Made by a program: the position numbers and the translations under genes
The notes under the pieces: generated by a model
What the model was told of the DNA's origin: nothing
Database searches by the model: none
Seen by the model: only the letters and a program-made list of their open reading frames with translations
Shown: one piece after another, positions 48,270 to 62,400 of the stretch
Layout of the letters: every line of letters starts with the position of its first letter
Numbering within the stretch: position 1 is the stretch's first letter
Assembly (NCBI RefSeq): GCF_036588685.1
Contig: NC_086376.1
Span: 95,335,630-95,399,629 of the forward strand
Direction of reading: 5' to 3'
Length of the DNA stretch: 64,000 nucleotides
From: Mytilus trossulus
Lineage: Eukaryota

Positions 48270-48570
48270 TTCATATGAAAAATTCATGTGATTCTCACCT
48301 GAGACGAACTTATGAATTTTACGTGCATTTTTCACATAAGTTTTACGTGAACGTTACAACCATTTAAATGATATTCGAAAATTATGATTTTTTTAAATTA
48401 ATTTATCTTAGAAATTCACGTGAATTCGACGTGAAATAAATTCACGTGAAATTCACTTGAGTTTCTCATTAGATTCACGTGAAACTCACATGCATTTGAT
48501 TTCACGTGAGTTTCACGAATACGCTCGTTTGAGGTGAAATTCACGTGTATTTCATGTGAGATTCACATAA
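48270..48570. repeat. Cluster of TTCACGTGAA-type palindromes (MITE-like interior; E-box rich)
   Basis: TCACGTG at about 48416, 48442, 48476, 48502 and 48541, plus many one-mismatch variants. Confidence 0.6.
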
Positions 48571-51163
48571 GTTAAATATGCCTGTGTATAACAGAATGGC
48601 CGGTGTGATAGAAGCTCGAACTGTTCAAAGCGTAAATGTTCGTGTTTACTGTTCGTATGTTGTTTTGTTTTGGTTCTTGCAGCTTTAGCTGTTTGTTTTT
48701 TAAAGGTATATTTCTTTGCTGTTGCATAAAATTACATTGGTTTCTTTCCTACCATTGTTTTTCTTTTCTAAAATTGTCCTTTTTATTTCTCTGAATTTTT
48801 ATTTAGTACTGACAATTTCATTATTTTCCTTAATATAGCAATTATATATTTTAGAAACAAAACAGTTAAAAATTATTAGTTGATAATTTATTCGTCAAGG
48901 CTTTATAAAAGTGTATTTTTAAGCAATAACAGATATTCAAGTCTATTTTTCTCGTAAATATGATGTATCAAGTTTAGCTTTAGGTTATTGTAGGACTATT
49001 ATCACAAGATAATCCGATTTATTTTAATACACCGTTTGAATATCATGTCAGAATTTATAATATACTTAACTAAATCCATCCATACAAACATACATTTGTA
49101 TACTACTTTGTATGTTTACGTATTAGGTTATGGTTTAATGATGTTTATTTTCTTGCTAATGATTAGAATTAAAATGATCTTTTAACAAATGTACTCTTAA
49201 ATTTGGTATTTTGGATAAAAGACGTTAAATATATAAAACGTTTTTGAGCATAACAAAATATAATTGTACACAGAACAGTCATACACATCCAATCTAGGTC
49301 TACTTTGCATGATCGAGCTGCAACCTTAACTTTAGCACAATCATAGTATACTTCTATGAACCCAGAACTTATATAATTAGTTATTAAAGGTAGCAGGATT
49401 ATAACACCGTCTGTAATATTTGAATCATTTCATTGCCGCAGCACTGGCACATGCTTGTTATTGTGTTCTTTTTAACTAAACATGTATGTGTGTGTGTGTG
49501 TCTGTCTCTGTGTAAGTCGGTGCACTACTTATTTATTTATTCATATAATTCTATCCAACCTTGCGTGCCTATGTTCGTACTTTTTGTGGCAATTTTATTT
49601 TTTTGTCGAGCCTCACTGGTGAGTCTTTTATATACGAAACGCGGATCTGGCGTACACATTTTTAACCTGGTACATAGGAAGGTTTATCAAAAAAGTAAAA
49701 TCACAAAAATACTGAACTCCGAGGAAAATTCAAAACTTAAGTCCCTAATCAAATGGCAAAACCAAAAGCTCAAACACATCAAACGAATGGATAACAACTG
49801 TCATATTCCTGACTAAGTACATGCATTTTCTCAGCGGTATATAATGGCGGATTAAACCTGGTTTCATAGCTAGCTAAACCTCTAACTTGTGTGACAGTCG
49901 CATAACACTGTTTATTTTAATATCCCAGAATGTTTTCTTCTTTTTTTGATCCCTTCTCTATGCAGAGATATGAATGTAACTAAAGTGTACAGTTTTGTAT
50001 ATCAAAATCTGTGAGTCTCAGAGTATCTGTTGATTAAACAATGTATGATGAAAAAAGTATTGCAAAATAACTCAAAATCAATATGGCAATTTGCTATATG
50101 GAATCTCAAAAACAATTCTAAATTTTCATGTTTGTGATATCTTGTTTTACTGCCTTTTTTAATTTTTAATGTGTAATTAAACATTTATTTTACTAAAATA
50201 TTTGCTTGATCATGTTGATAAAATGACACGAAGAGATTGTGTTGATAGGCGAATGGCCTGAGAGAATACATGACATACATGGTTTGACAATACTATTACA
50301 ACTCATACATATACATATGCATTAACGCAAAACTGAGGCCAACAAGAACATATCTAAGATTATTTAAGATAAACAAAATCACAACAAATTAGATTCCATT
50401 AAAAGCCCGACAAATGATTTATATAACATTTTACTACCTAATACTGGATGCTTGTGCATAAACATAAAAGTTAGAGGTCAACGAGTACATGTTTTAGATG
50501 TCTTATATCCATTTATTACACATTAAGTACCATCAAAAGCTCGACAAATATCATATTATTTTCAATAGTCCTTTTCAATTAAAAAAATATGTAAAACGTT
50601 GTTGATAATTACATCGCATTACAATATACTCCATTTTAAGATATCTATGGAGATGAATATACCTTACCCCTCAGTTCCTGAACAGTTTTGGAGAGAGTTG
50701 TTTCTCTTATCAGACAAATCATTTAAACAATATAAAGCCCAATAAGACAGACAGCTACTTTTAAAGTATTTGTCATGGGAATCCAGAATATACCTTTTTT
50801 TCAAGACTAAAACACACACAGAAGCAGTTAGGTATTGTGATCTCATATTCTTTTATAGTGCGGTATTTTAATTTATAAATTTGATAATAAAAATGATTTG
50901 ACTACAGTGAGTATGTTTCCCTCTCTGGTACTTCACTTAGTTCAAGTAAAAATTGAGAATAACATGTCATCATCCTCTCTAGTGCTTCACAAAGGTTCAA
51001 AATTACAATTAAAAGTATTTGAACAAAAGAATATAAATGCACGAAATATGTGTACTATTCCTTAATTTCTTAAAAGATTTTATTTTTTTAATATTTTCAA
51101 TCTGTTATTGTTTTTAGAACCCTAAAAAGAAGACTTTGTTACTGAAACATCTGAACGTATACC

Positions 51164-54100
51164 ATGGCTTCTAGCACATCCCTACAGGCACACAAATATA
51201 AGTATGGATTTCAAAGGTCCAAAGGAAATAAGTTTAAATGGTATCTGATCCTGGCTATCAGTATTGTGTTTGTTGTATTGGCGGTCACTGTCATAGGTCT
51301 GACGATTTACCTCACGAGCGAAAACAACAAAACAGGTACGTAGCATAGAGGTTACTCGGCTACCTTCTATCTCACAGCTTGGATTCGAGCATCATGGATA
51401 AAATATGTATAATGCTGTTTGTTTTTTTAATTTGCTAAAAGTTTTAAAGTTTTATAATGCACTAAATCACCGAAAGTTCAGTCTTTTCAATATTTCTTTG
51501 TGTGTGACTATCCCATATATAATCATACAGTCAAGTGATTTTAAATTGACTGATCTATTGGTGGTTTATATGAGTGGTATAACGTTTGCTTAACCGACAG
51601 ATGGTCATATAAATGGTTTAATATTTACTGTACGCAGAGAGGATCAATTTCTCTGAACATTAGCACCATTGCTATGTATAGAGCTTATGGCTCCTTTCAA
51701 AAAAAATATGTTAATGTACAATATATTTCTTCATAACTTGTCCTAACAACCACATTAGATAAACTATGAATTATTTGTTTTTTGCTTATGTTACTAGTTA
51801 CATGTACGTTATGACCTCTTGTTAAAACACCCATGTACTTTGAAATTCCAAGTAAAAACACCCATGTTTTATTTTTGTTAATTAACAGGTGACAAAGATG
51901 CGCAATATGATTCTGGAGATGAGGACACAGGTATGACAAATATATTATAATGTTTCTCATAAACGAAAAAAGTAACATTTTAATAGAAATTTTTAATGGA
52001 AATAATAGTTGCTATTTTTCTTGTTTGCAATCTTCACGTACGTACTAAGACAGTTGTTTCATGTTTAAATCGGAGTGGTTTTATTTATAATTGAGATATT
52101 CTCCATACCTTTTTACATGTAATGCAATTTTTCCTTCAGTTTCAACAGCACAAACGGTATCTACAACTTCCGCAACAACTAGCCGGAGTAGCGTCAGCCA
52201 AACAACGCAAACGATCACAAAGTCTTCAACAGAAAGTCCAACTACTATAAAAATGACTTCATCAACTCAAAAGACAACTCCCGATATGTTGACTACTCAT
52301 CAGTCAACAACTTTGATATCTTCTCAACAGACAACCACTGAACCGACTACCCAACAACCAACCTCAACCACACAACCGTCAACAACTGTAAACACACCTC
52401 TTTCTACCGAACAACAAACAGATAGAAAAAGTACTTTTTCAACTCAACAAAGTACCACAGAAGTGATTTCGTCGACTCAGAAAGCTACAATTTCAACAGA
52501 ACAAAGAACAACAGATAAAATGACGTCATCAAGTTCACAAACAACCGACGAATCATCAACAGTCCAATACTCTACGTCGAATGGTCCGGTAGTGTCAACC
52601 AGTGTGTCACCGTCATCAACAGTACAAGTCCCATCAACGGTGGATACAACAAGCACATGTAATACTATAGTTTTATAATTCTATCAAATAACATTCTTCA
52701 CAATTTTAAAGCTGGCTAAAAAGCCTAATTTTAAGAATATTTTAACTTGACAACTTTTACGTGTTGCAAAAAAAGACATTTTGTTACAAACATGTTAATG
52801 CCGATAAAAGATCTTTTAGCTTATAATTATAAATTATGATATACAACGTATGAAGCAATCTCATTTGACGTATTCATTTTTCATTACAATAGCACAAGCG
52901 ACTTATGTTGTTTAATTTTGTTTAAAAAGAAGCGTTTACTTGTTAAAAATATTTTGTCACTTTCATAACCAAAATTGGTTCTGACATGATCATTAATTTA
53001 CTGCGGATTTCAAAACATTTCTTTCGTGTCATGAAGTATTAGTAAATAACTTGTAACATAAATGTGATAATGATATGCTTTTGATATTTTTGCAGCAATT
53101 GAATTATCTGGATATAATATCAGTAGCTCATCCCCATTTTTACTAACTTGCGAGGTAAAAAATATTCCTGGATGGATTGATCTTTTGATTTATCGTCACT
53201 ATGGCAACAACCAATCAGGTCTGTTGGCTCAGATGACAGCAGGACCAATAGTTCCAACGGTTATTGTAGTCGATGATTCGCTAACTTTTTCAGCCAACCA
53301 TCACAGCGATGCCATAACCATGGTATTGATGGCTCAAAGTTTCGAATGCAACCATGCAGGGACGTACAGTTGTTCGGTATCGTCTGCAACTGTTGTCGTG
53401 TCAGATGAAACAGAAATTAAAGGTACAGTTTTACGAACTCTCAAGTCGCAGCTAAAACTTAAAAAAAAAAAACACCTCTGAGACTTTATGAATAAAGAAC
53501 AGTCAAATCCCAGCTAATCCATATAGAATGCTATAATCTTGAAATGTACAAATAAAGAACAGTCTCAAATCTCAGCTAATCCGTATATAATGTTATAATC
53601 TTGAACCATGAAGGGACGTACAATTGTTCGGTATCTTCTGCAACTATTGTCGTATCAGATGAAACAGAAATCAAAGGTACAGTTTTATTATGTCTTTAAT
53701 TTCAACTTATATGTAAAGAATGCTGAAATCTTGAACTTTATGAGTAAAGAACAATCTCAAATGGCAGCTAATCCATACATGGTTCTTTTTTACAATTTCT
53801 TGTCTTCCATTTGAATAAAGATGATTAATAACTGTTTTATCTGATAAACAAAGAAAATCAAACGGGTGATCTGAGCCGGATAGAACAAAGGAGCTGGTAT
53901 GTAAGCACGAAAATACACCACTTAATGGTGTTATTTGTCTTTTATAATTGGATTGTCTCCTTTGTATCGATTCTCCTTATTTACAAGAACTAAAGCATTT
54001 ATGTAAAAGGAAGACCGTGCATGGGCGACAACAACCTGTATCTTATTATGAAAAAGATTTCTTATTTTAAAAACGTTGGAATATTTTTTTTAAAAACGCA

Positions 54101-55625
54101 TCAAAAACAATTTAGATAATAGCAAAATGTAAACTCATTCTCTTTTTTATTAGTCGTTTCAGGACCACCGGAGATCTATTTTCCTATTGGGGTTGTTGAA
54201 GATAGAACAATGTCGTTGGACTGTATAGTAGAATTTGAGGGTACTTCCGGAGATATCAAATGGACATTTAGTCCGCCTGGATTAGGCAATATGTTTTACG
54301 ACTTGAGTATAGATCCAGACACAAAAAATAGTTCTATGAGTTGTACGACTAAACTGGAGAGCAAATTAACTTTTACCCCAGGGATGTACGACAATGGCTC
54401 AAGCTTTCGATGTGAAGTTGTGAATGCGGAGGGTTACAATGGTGCAACAGTTTTACAAAAGACGGTTCCATTTTATGTGTTACATAGTAAGTTAAAAAAA
54501 TAAAAACTTTGTAACTTTAGCCTATTTCATGCTATTACCCCTTTCACAGATATTATATTATTCTAATATGTTGTTTACCAATACTCTGTTATACTTTTTA
54601 GATTTGTAACAGCTAATTTTATTTTGTTATTTTGTTAAAACATCTACCGTTTTCTTTGAACGATGTAATTGACAAATTTAGAAATGATGTTGGATTACTT
54701 GAAAGTTAGTTCCGTTTTTTTTTAACAATGTGGTTATTCGATATGATCTTATTTCGTTTTTGAACAAATATAGGATAAAATTATTCTACGTTTACTTTGT
54801 TTTTGATAATTGCTTTTCATGTATCTTAGTTTGTATCGTTATGCCCCACCTACGATAGTAGAGGGGCATTATGTTTTCTGGTCTGTGCCTCCGTTCGTCC
54901 GTTCGTTCGTCCCGCTTCAGGTTAAAGTTTTTGGTCGAGGTAGTTTTTGATGAAGTTGAAGTCCAATCAATTTGAAACTTAGTACACATGTTTCCTATGA
55001 TATGATCTTTCTAATTTTAATGTCAAATTAAAGTATTGACCCCAATTTCATGGTCCACTGAACAAAGAAAAAGATAGTGTGAAGCTCAGGTTAAAGTTTT
55101 TGGTTAAGGTAGTTTTCTGATGAAGTTGAAGTCCAATCAACTTGAAACTTAGTACACATGTTAATTATGATATGATCTTTCTAATTTTAATGCCAAATTA
55201 AAGTATTGACCCCAATTTCACGGTCCAGTGAACATGTAAAATGATAGTGCGAGTGGGGCATCCATGTACTATGGACAGATTCTTGTTATTTATTTTTTCA
55301 TGAACATGCAATTTTATGTAAATTTGTCTTTTTATTTAGTTTTTCATGTATTTTTTTTTTGTAATTTTGTGTTTTATTTTGTTTTTCAGATTCAATCTGC
55401 ACAAATCGTATTTTCGAGATTTTTAATCATCCTTATCAACCATGTGGGAAAATAATATATTGTTCGGAAAATGGAATACTTGTTTTTGAAATTCCGTGTC
55501 CAACACCTGGTTACTGCTATGATGCATTGCTTACTGACTGTGTTCTGGAAAAAGACCTCAGTATTTATAATGAAACCAATACAACGATTGGACCAAGCTC
55601 AACTGGTGCGCCACCTATCTCTTAA
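51164..55625 (+). CDS. Type II membrane protein with mucin-like stalk, two Ig-like domains and a C-terminal chitin-binding type-2 (CBM14/peritrophin-A-like) domain (about 542 aa)
   Basis: Kozak accATGg at 51164. Exons, all joined by phase-1 introns: 51164-51335 (basic N-tail plus TM WYLILAISIVFVVLAVTVIGLTIYL), 51889-51930 (DKDAQYDSGDEDT), 52140-52658 (S/T-rich), 53096-53422 (LTC..W..AGTYSC), 54154-54486 (LDC..IKW..DNGSSFRC), 55390-55625 (C-x14-C-x5-C-x11-C-x5-C-x7-C, stop). Total 1629 nt in frame. Confidence 0.85.
54838..55287 (-). mobile_element. Helentron-like non-autonomous element (HINE) with two internal repeats of about 169 bp
   Basis: Hairpin atgcccc-acctacgatagtaga-ggggcat, (cgtt/cgtc) microsatellite, aggttaaagtttttggt at 54919 and 55088, terminal ggggcatcc..ttcttgtt. 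Confidence 0.7.
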
Positions 55626-56489
55626 CACTGGAGAGATGACATTCCAAGATAATGGAGAGTATGATATCATCATACCGGGATAACAGTCTGGACCTACCAA
55701 TTTTATGGAAAAAAAACGAATTCAATTTTGTATGTTGATATAGCTATTTTGTTTTGTTTGTTTGTTATTAATTTTTTGTGGTTTTACTTTGCTTTCTATG
55801 TGATTTGTAAATGTTTTTGTGACATAAAGAGTACCTGTATTTAAAATGAATATTTCAAAGTAAATGTTTGAAAGGAGCTAGTAACTGATATATTAGTGCC
55901 TATAAAAAACATAAACCACGTAATTAAAGTATAAAACAACCAAGAATGAATCCAAAATCAAAAATAAAAGATAGAAACTGGCCTGATATTTATACTTTCA
56001 ATTTAAGATATCATAAGGCCAGTTACTAAATTAATGCAAAACGACCTACCAGTGGTTTAGAGCTATAATGAAGTTAGTAACCATTTAGTTGTTAATCATA
56101 CCATCGAGAAGTAAAGGACCTACTGTAAATCATAAGAGTGACTCTTTTACGTGAAGAAATTAGAGTCTGGAACTGTTAACCAAGTTTCTTTCGTAAAGTC
56201 CCCAATAAGTATTTTTTATACGTATTGCTAAGTTCCTCTCTTTCTCACAACTGACTTGTTAGCAATATATGGTAGACAACTCAGATGTACCTTATATTTT
56301 CAAATATTTCGTGCTAAAGTGTTTCATTCTTGGTTTGGTCGACTTAGTATAAAAAAGAAGTTGTTTTGTGATCGCCAATGAGACAACTCTCCACAAGAGA
56401 CAAAAATGACACAGATATAGGTCACCGTAAGGGTTACGTTTGAAGACAAAAAAATAAATAAAAGGGTTTGGTATCTATTGCTGTTGTTA

Positions 56490-59400
56490 ACTATTTGGAA
56501 ATAGTAAATCCAGACAATTCCCACAAACATAGAGATTAAAATAAGATTATCGAGTTTATCAAACAATTATTGTCAAAAGACAATTCCAACATACATGGAG
56601 ATCAAGATACCATTATCGGTTGTATCAAGGCAATTTTTATGTCAAAAGACTATTCCCACATACATGGAGATCAAGATAACATTATCGATTTTATCAAGAC
56701 GATTTTTATATCAACAGACAATTCCCACACACATAGAGATCACGATAACATTATCGATTTTATTAAGACGATGTTTATATCAATAGGAAATTCCCACACA
56801 CATTGAGATCAAAATAACATTATCTATTATATCAAGACGATGTTTATATCAACAGACAAAATTCACACACAGAGACATCAAGATAAAATTATCGATTGTA
56901 TCAAGGCGATTTTTATATCAACAGGAAATTCCCACACACATAGAGATTAAGATAACATTATCGATTGTATCAAGGCGATTTTTATGTCAACAGGCGATTC
57001 CCACATACATAGAGATCAAGATAATATTATCGATTGTATCAAGGCGATTTTTATATCAACAGACAATGTCTATATACATAATGATCAAGATAGCAGTATC
57101 GATAGTATCAAGGCGATTTTTATGTCAAAAGACACTTTTAACATACATGGACATCAAGATAATATTATCGATTGTATCAAGGCGATTTAAATGTCAGCAG
57201 ACAATTCCCTTATACATAGAGATCAAGATAACCTTATCGATTTTATCAAGACGATTTTTATATCAACAGACAATTTCCACACACATAGAGATCATGATAA
57301 CATTATCGATTTTATCAAGGCGATGTTTATATCAACAGGAGATTCCCACACACATAGAGATCAAGATAACATTATCCATTTTATCAAGACGATGTTTATA
57401 TCAATAGGAAATTCCCACACACATAGAGATCAAAATGACATTATCGATTATATCAAGACGATGTTTATATTAACAGACAAAATTCACACACAGAGACATC
57501 ACGATAACATTATCGATTTTATCAAGGCGATGTTTATATCAACAGGAGATTCCCACACACATAGAGATCAAGATAACATTATTCATTTCAGCAAGACGAT
57601 GTTTATATCAATAGGAAAATCCCACACACATAGAGATCAAAATAACATTATCGATTATATCAAGACGATGTTTATATCAACAGACAAAATTCACACACAG
57701 AGACATCAAGATAATATTATCTATTGTATCAAGGCGATTTTTATATCAACAGGAAATTCCCACACACATAGAGATCAAGATAACATTATCGATTGTATCA
57801 AGGCGATTTTTATGTCAAAAGGCGATTCCCACATACATAGAGATCAAGTTAATATTATCGATTGTATCAAGGCGATTTTTATATTAACAGACAATGTCTA
57901 TATACATAAAGATCAAGATAGCAGTATCGATAGTATCAAGCAATTTTTATGTCAAAAGACAGTTTTAACATACATGGACATCAAGATAATATTATCGATT
58001 GTATCAAGGCGATTTAAATGTCAGCAGACAATTCCCTTATACATAGAAATCAAGATAACTTTTTCGATTTTATCAAGACGATTTTTATATCAACAGACAA
58101 TTCCGACACACATAGAGATCAAAATACCATTATCGATTTAATCAAGACGATGTTTATATCAATAGGAAATTCCCACACACATACGGATCAAAATAACATT
58201 ATCGATTATATCAAGACGATGTTTATATCAACAGACAAAGTCCACATACATGGAGATCAAGATAACATTATCGATTGTATCAATACGATTTTTATATCAA
58301 CAGACAATGTCCACACACATAGAGATTACGATAACATTATCGATTTCATCAAGGCGACTTTTATATCAACAGACAATGTCCACATACATATAGATCAAGA
58401 TAATATCATCGATTGTATCAAGGCGATTTTTATGTCAAAAGACAATTCGCACACACAAACAGAGACATCACGATAACATTATCGATTTTATCAAGGCGGT
58501 GTTTATATCAACAGGAGATTCCCACACACATAGAGATCAAGATAACATTATTCATTTTATCAAGACGATATTTATATCAATAGGAAATTCCCACACACAT
58601 AGAGATCAAAATAACATTACCGATTATATCAAGACGATGTTTATATCAACAGACAAAATTCACACACAGAGACATCAAGATAATATTATCGATTGTATCA
58701 AGGCGATTTTTATATCAACAGGAAATTCCCACACACATAGAGATCAAGATAACATTATCGATTGTATCAAGGCGATTTTTATGTCAAAAGGCGATTCCCA
58801 CATACATAGAGATCAAGTTAATATTATCGATTGTATCAAGGCGATTTTTATATCAACAGACAATGTCTATATACATAAAGATCAAGATAGCAGTATCGAT
58901 AGTATCAAGACGATTTTTATGTCAAAAGACAGTTTTAACATACATGGACATCAAGATAATATTATCGATTGTATCAAGGCGATTTAAATGTCAGCAGACA
59001 ATTCCCTTATACATAGAGATCAAGATAACATTTTCGATTTTATCAAGACGATTTTTATATCAACAGACAATTCCGACACACATAGAGATCAAAATACCAT
59101 TATCGATTTAATCAAGACGATGTTTATATCAATAGGAAATTCCCACACACATAGGGATCAAAATCATATTATCGATTATATCAACAGACAAAGTCCACAT
59201 ACATGGAGATCAAGATAACATTATCGATTGTATCAATACGATTTTTATATCAACAGGCAATGTCCACACACATAGAGATTACGATAACATTATCGATTTC
59301 ATCAAGGCGACTTTTATATCAACAGACAATGTCCACATACATATAGATCAAGATAATATCATCGATTGTATCAAGGCGATTTTTATGTCAAAGACAATTC

Positions 59401-62400
59401 GCACACACACATAGAGATCAAAATAACATCATCGATTTTATCATGGCGATTTTTATATCAACAGACAATGTCCACATTCATGGAGATCAAGATAGCATTA
59501 TCGATTGTATCAAGGCGATTTTTATATCAACAGGAAATTCCCACACACATAGAGATCAAGAAAACATTATCGATTGTATTAAGGCGATTTTTATGTCAAC
59601 AGGCGATTCCCACATACATAGAGATCAAGATAATATTATCGATTGTATCAAGGCGATTTTTATATCAACAGACAATGTCTATATACATAAAGATCAAGAT
59701 AGCAGTATCGATAGTATCAAGGCGATTTTTATGTCAAAAGACACTTTTAACATACATGGCCATCAAGATAATATTATCGATTGTATCAAGGCGATTTAAA
59801 TGTCAGCAGACAATTCCCTTATACATAGAGATCAAGATAACATTATCGATTTTATCAAGACGATTTTTATATCAACAGACAATTCCCACACACATAGAGA
59901 TCATGATAACATTATCGATTTTATCAAGGCGATGTTTATATCAACAGGAGATTCCCACACACATAGAGATCAAGATAACATTATCCATTTTATCAAGACG
60001 ATGTTTATATCAATAGGAAATTCCCACACACATAGAGATCAAAATAACATTATCGATTATATCAAGACGATGTTTATATCAACAGACAAAATTCACACAC
60101 AGAGACATCACGATAACATTATCGATTTTATCAAGGCGATGTTTATATCAACAGGAGATTCCCACACACATAGATATCAAGATAACATTATTCATTTCAT
60201 CAAGACGATGTTTATATCAACAGGAAATTCCCACACACATAGAGATCAAAATAACATTATCGATTATATCAAGACGATGTTTATATCAACAGACAAAATT
60301 CACACACAGAGACATCAAGATAATATTATCGATTGTATCAAGGCGATTTTTATATCAACAGGAAATTCCCACACACATAGAGATCAAGATAACATTATCG
60401 ATTGTATCAAGGCGATTTTTATGTCAAAAGGCGATTCCCACATACATAGAGATCAAGTTAATATTATCGATTGTATCAAGGCGATTTTTATATCAACAGA
60501 CAATGTCTATATACATAAAGATCAAGATAGCAGTATCGATAGTATCAAGCAATTTTTATGTCAAAAGACAGTTTTAACATACATGGACATCAAGATAATA
60601 TTATCGATTGTATCAAGGCGATTTAAATGTCAGCAGACAATTCCCTTATACATAGAGATCAAGATAAACATTTTCGATTTTATCAAGACGATTTTTATAT
60701 CAACAGACAATTCCGACACACATAGAGAGCAAAATACCATTATCGATTTAATCAAGACGATGTTTATATCAACAGGAAATTCCCACACACATAGGGATCA
60801 AAATAACATTATCGATTATATCAAGACGATGTTTATATCAACAGACAAAGTCCACATACATGGAGATCAAGTTAATATTATCGATTGTATCAAGGCGATT
60901 TTTATATCAACAGACAATGTCTATATACATAAAGATCAGGATAGCAGTATCGATAGTATCAAGCAATTTTTATGTCAAAAGACAGTTTTAACATACATGG
61001 ACATCAAGATAATATTATCGATTGTATCAAGGCGATTTAAATGTCAGCAGACAATTCCCTTATACATAGAAATCAAGATAACTTTTTCGATTTTATCAAG
61101 ACGATTTTTATATCAACAGACAATTCCGACACACATAGAGATCAAAATACCATTATCGATTTAATCAAGACGATGTTTATATCAATAGGAAATTCCCACA
61201 CACATAGGGATCAAAATAACATTATCGATTATATCAAGACGATGTTTATATCAACAGACAAAGTCCACATACATGGAGATCAAGATAACATTATCGATTG
61301 TATCAATACGATTTTTATATCAACAGACAATGTCCACACACATAGAGATTACGATAACATTATCGATTTCATCAAGGCGACTTTTATATCAACAGACAAT
61401 GTCCACATACCTATAGATCAAGATAAAATCATCGATTGTATCAAGGCGATTTTTATGTCAAAAGACAATTCGCACACACACACAGAGACATCACGATAAC
61501 ATTATCGATTTTATCAAGGCGGTGTTTATATCAACAGGAGATTCCTACACACATAGAGATCAAAATAACATTATCGATTATATCAAGACGATGTTTATAT
61601 CAACAGACAATTCCCACACACATAGAGATCATGATAACATTATCGATTTTATCAAGGCGATGTTTATATCAACAGGAGATTCCCACACACATAGAGATCA
61701 AGATAACATTATCCATTTTATCAAGACGATGTTTATATCAATAGGAAATTTCCACACACATAGAGATCAAAATAACATTATCGATTATATCAAGACGATG
61801 TTTATATCAACAGACAAAATTCACACACAGAGACATCACGATAACATTATCGATTTTATCAAGGCGATGTTTATATCAACAGGAGATTCCCACACACATA
61901 GATATCAAGATAACATTATTCATTTCATCAAGACGATGTTTATATCAATAGGAAATTCCCACACACATAGAGATCAAAATAACATTATCGATTATATCAA
62001 GACGATGTTTATATCAACAGACAAAATTCACACACAGAGACATCAAGATAATATTATCGATTGTATCAAGGCGATTTTTATATCAACAGGAAATTCCCAC
62101 ACACATAGAGATCAAGATAACATTATCGATTGTATCAAGGCGATTTTTATGTCAAAAGGCGATTCCCACATACATAGAGATCAAGTTAATATTATCGATT
62201 GTATCAAGGCGATTTTTATATCAACAGACAATGTCTATATTCATAAAGATCAAGATAGCAGTATCGATAGTATCAAGCAATTTTTATGTCAAAAGACAGT
62301 TTTAACATACATGGACATCAAGATAATATTATCGATTGTATCAAGGCGATTTAAATGTCAGCAGACAATTCCCTTATACATAGAGATCAAGATAAACATT

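Noticed and set aside
50641-50910. Extra coding exon(s) of the Ig/chitin-binding gene
   Set aside because: Splice-like signals exist, but the frames I tested hit stops. At most these could be UTR exons, which sequence alone cannot support.
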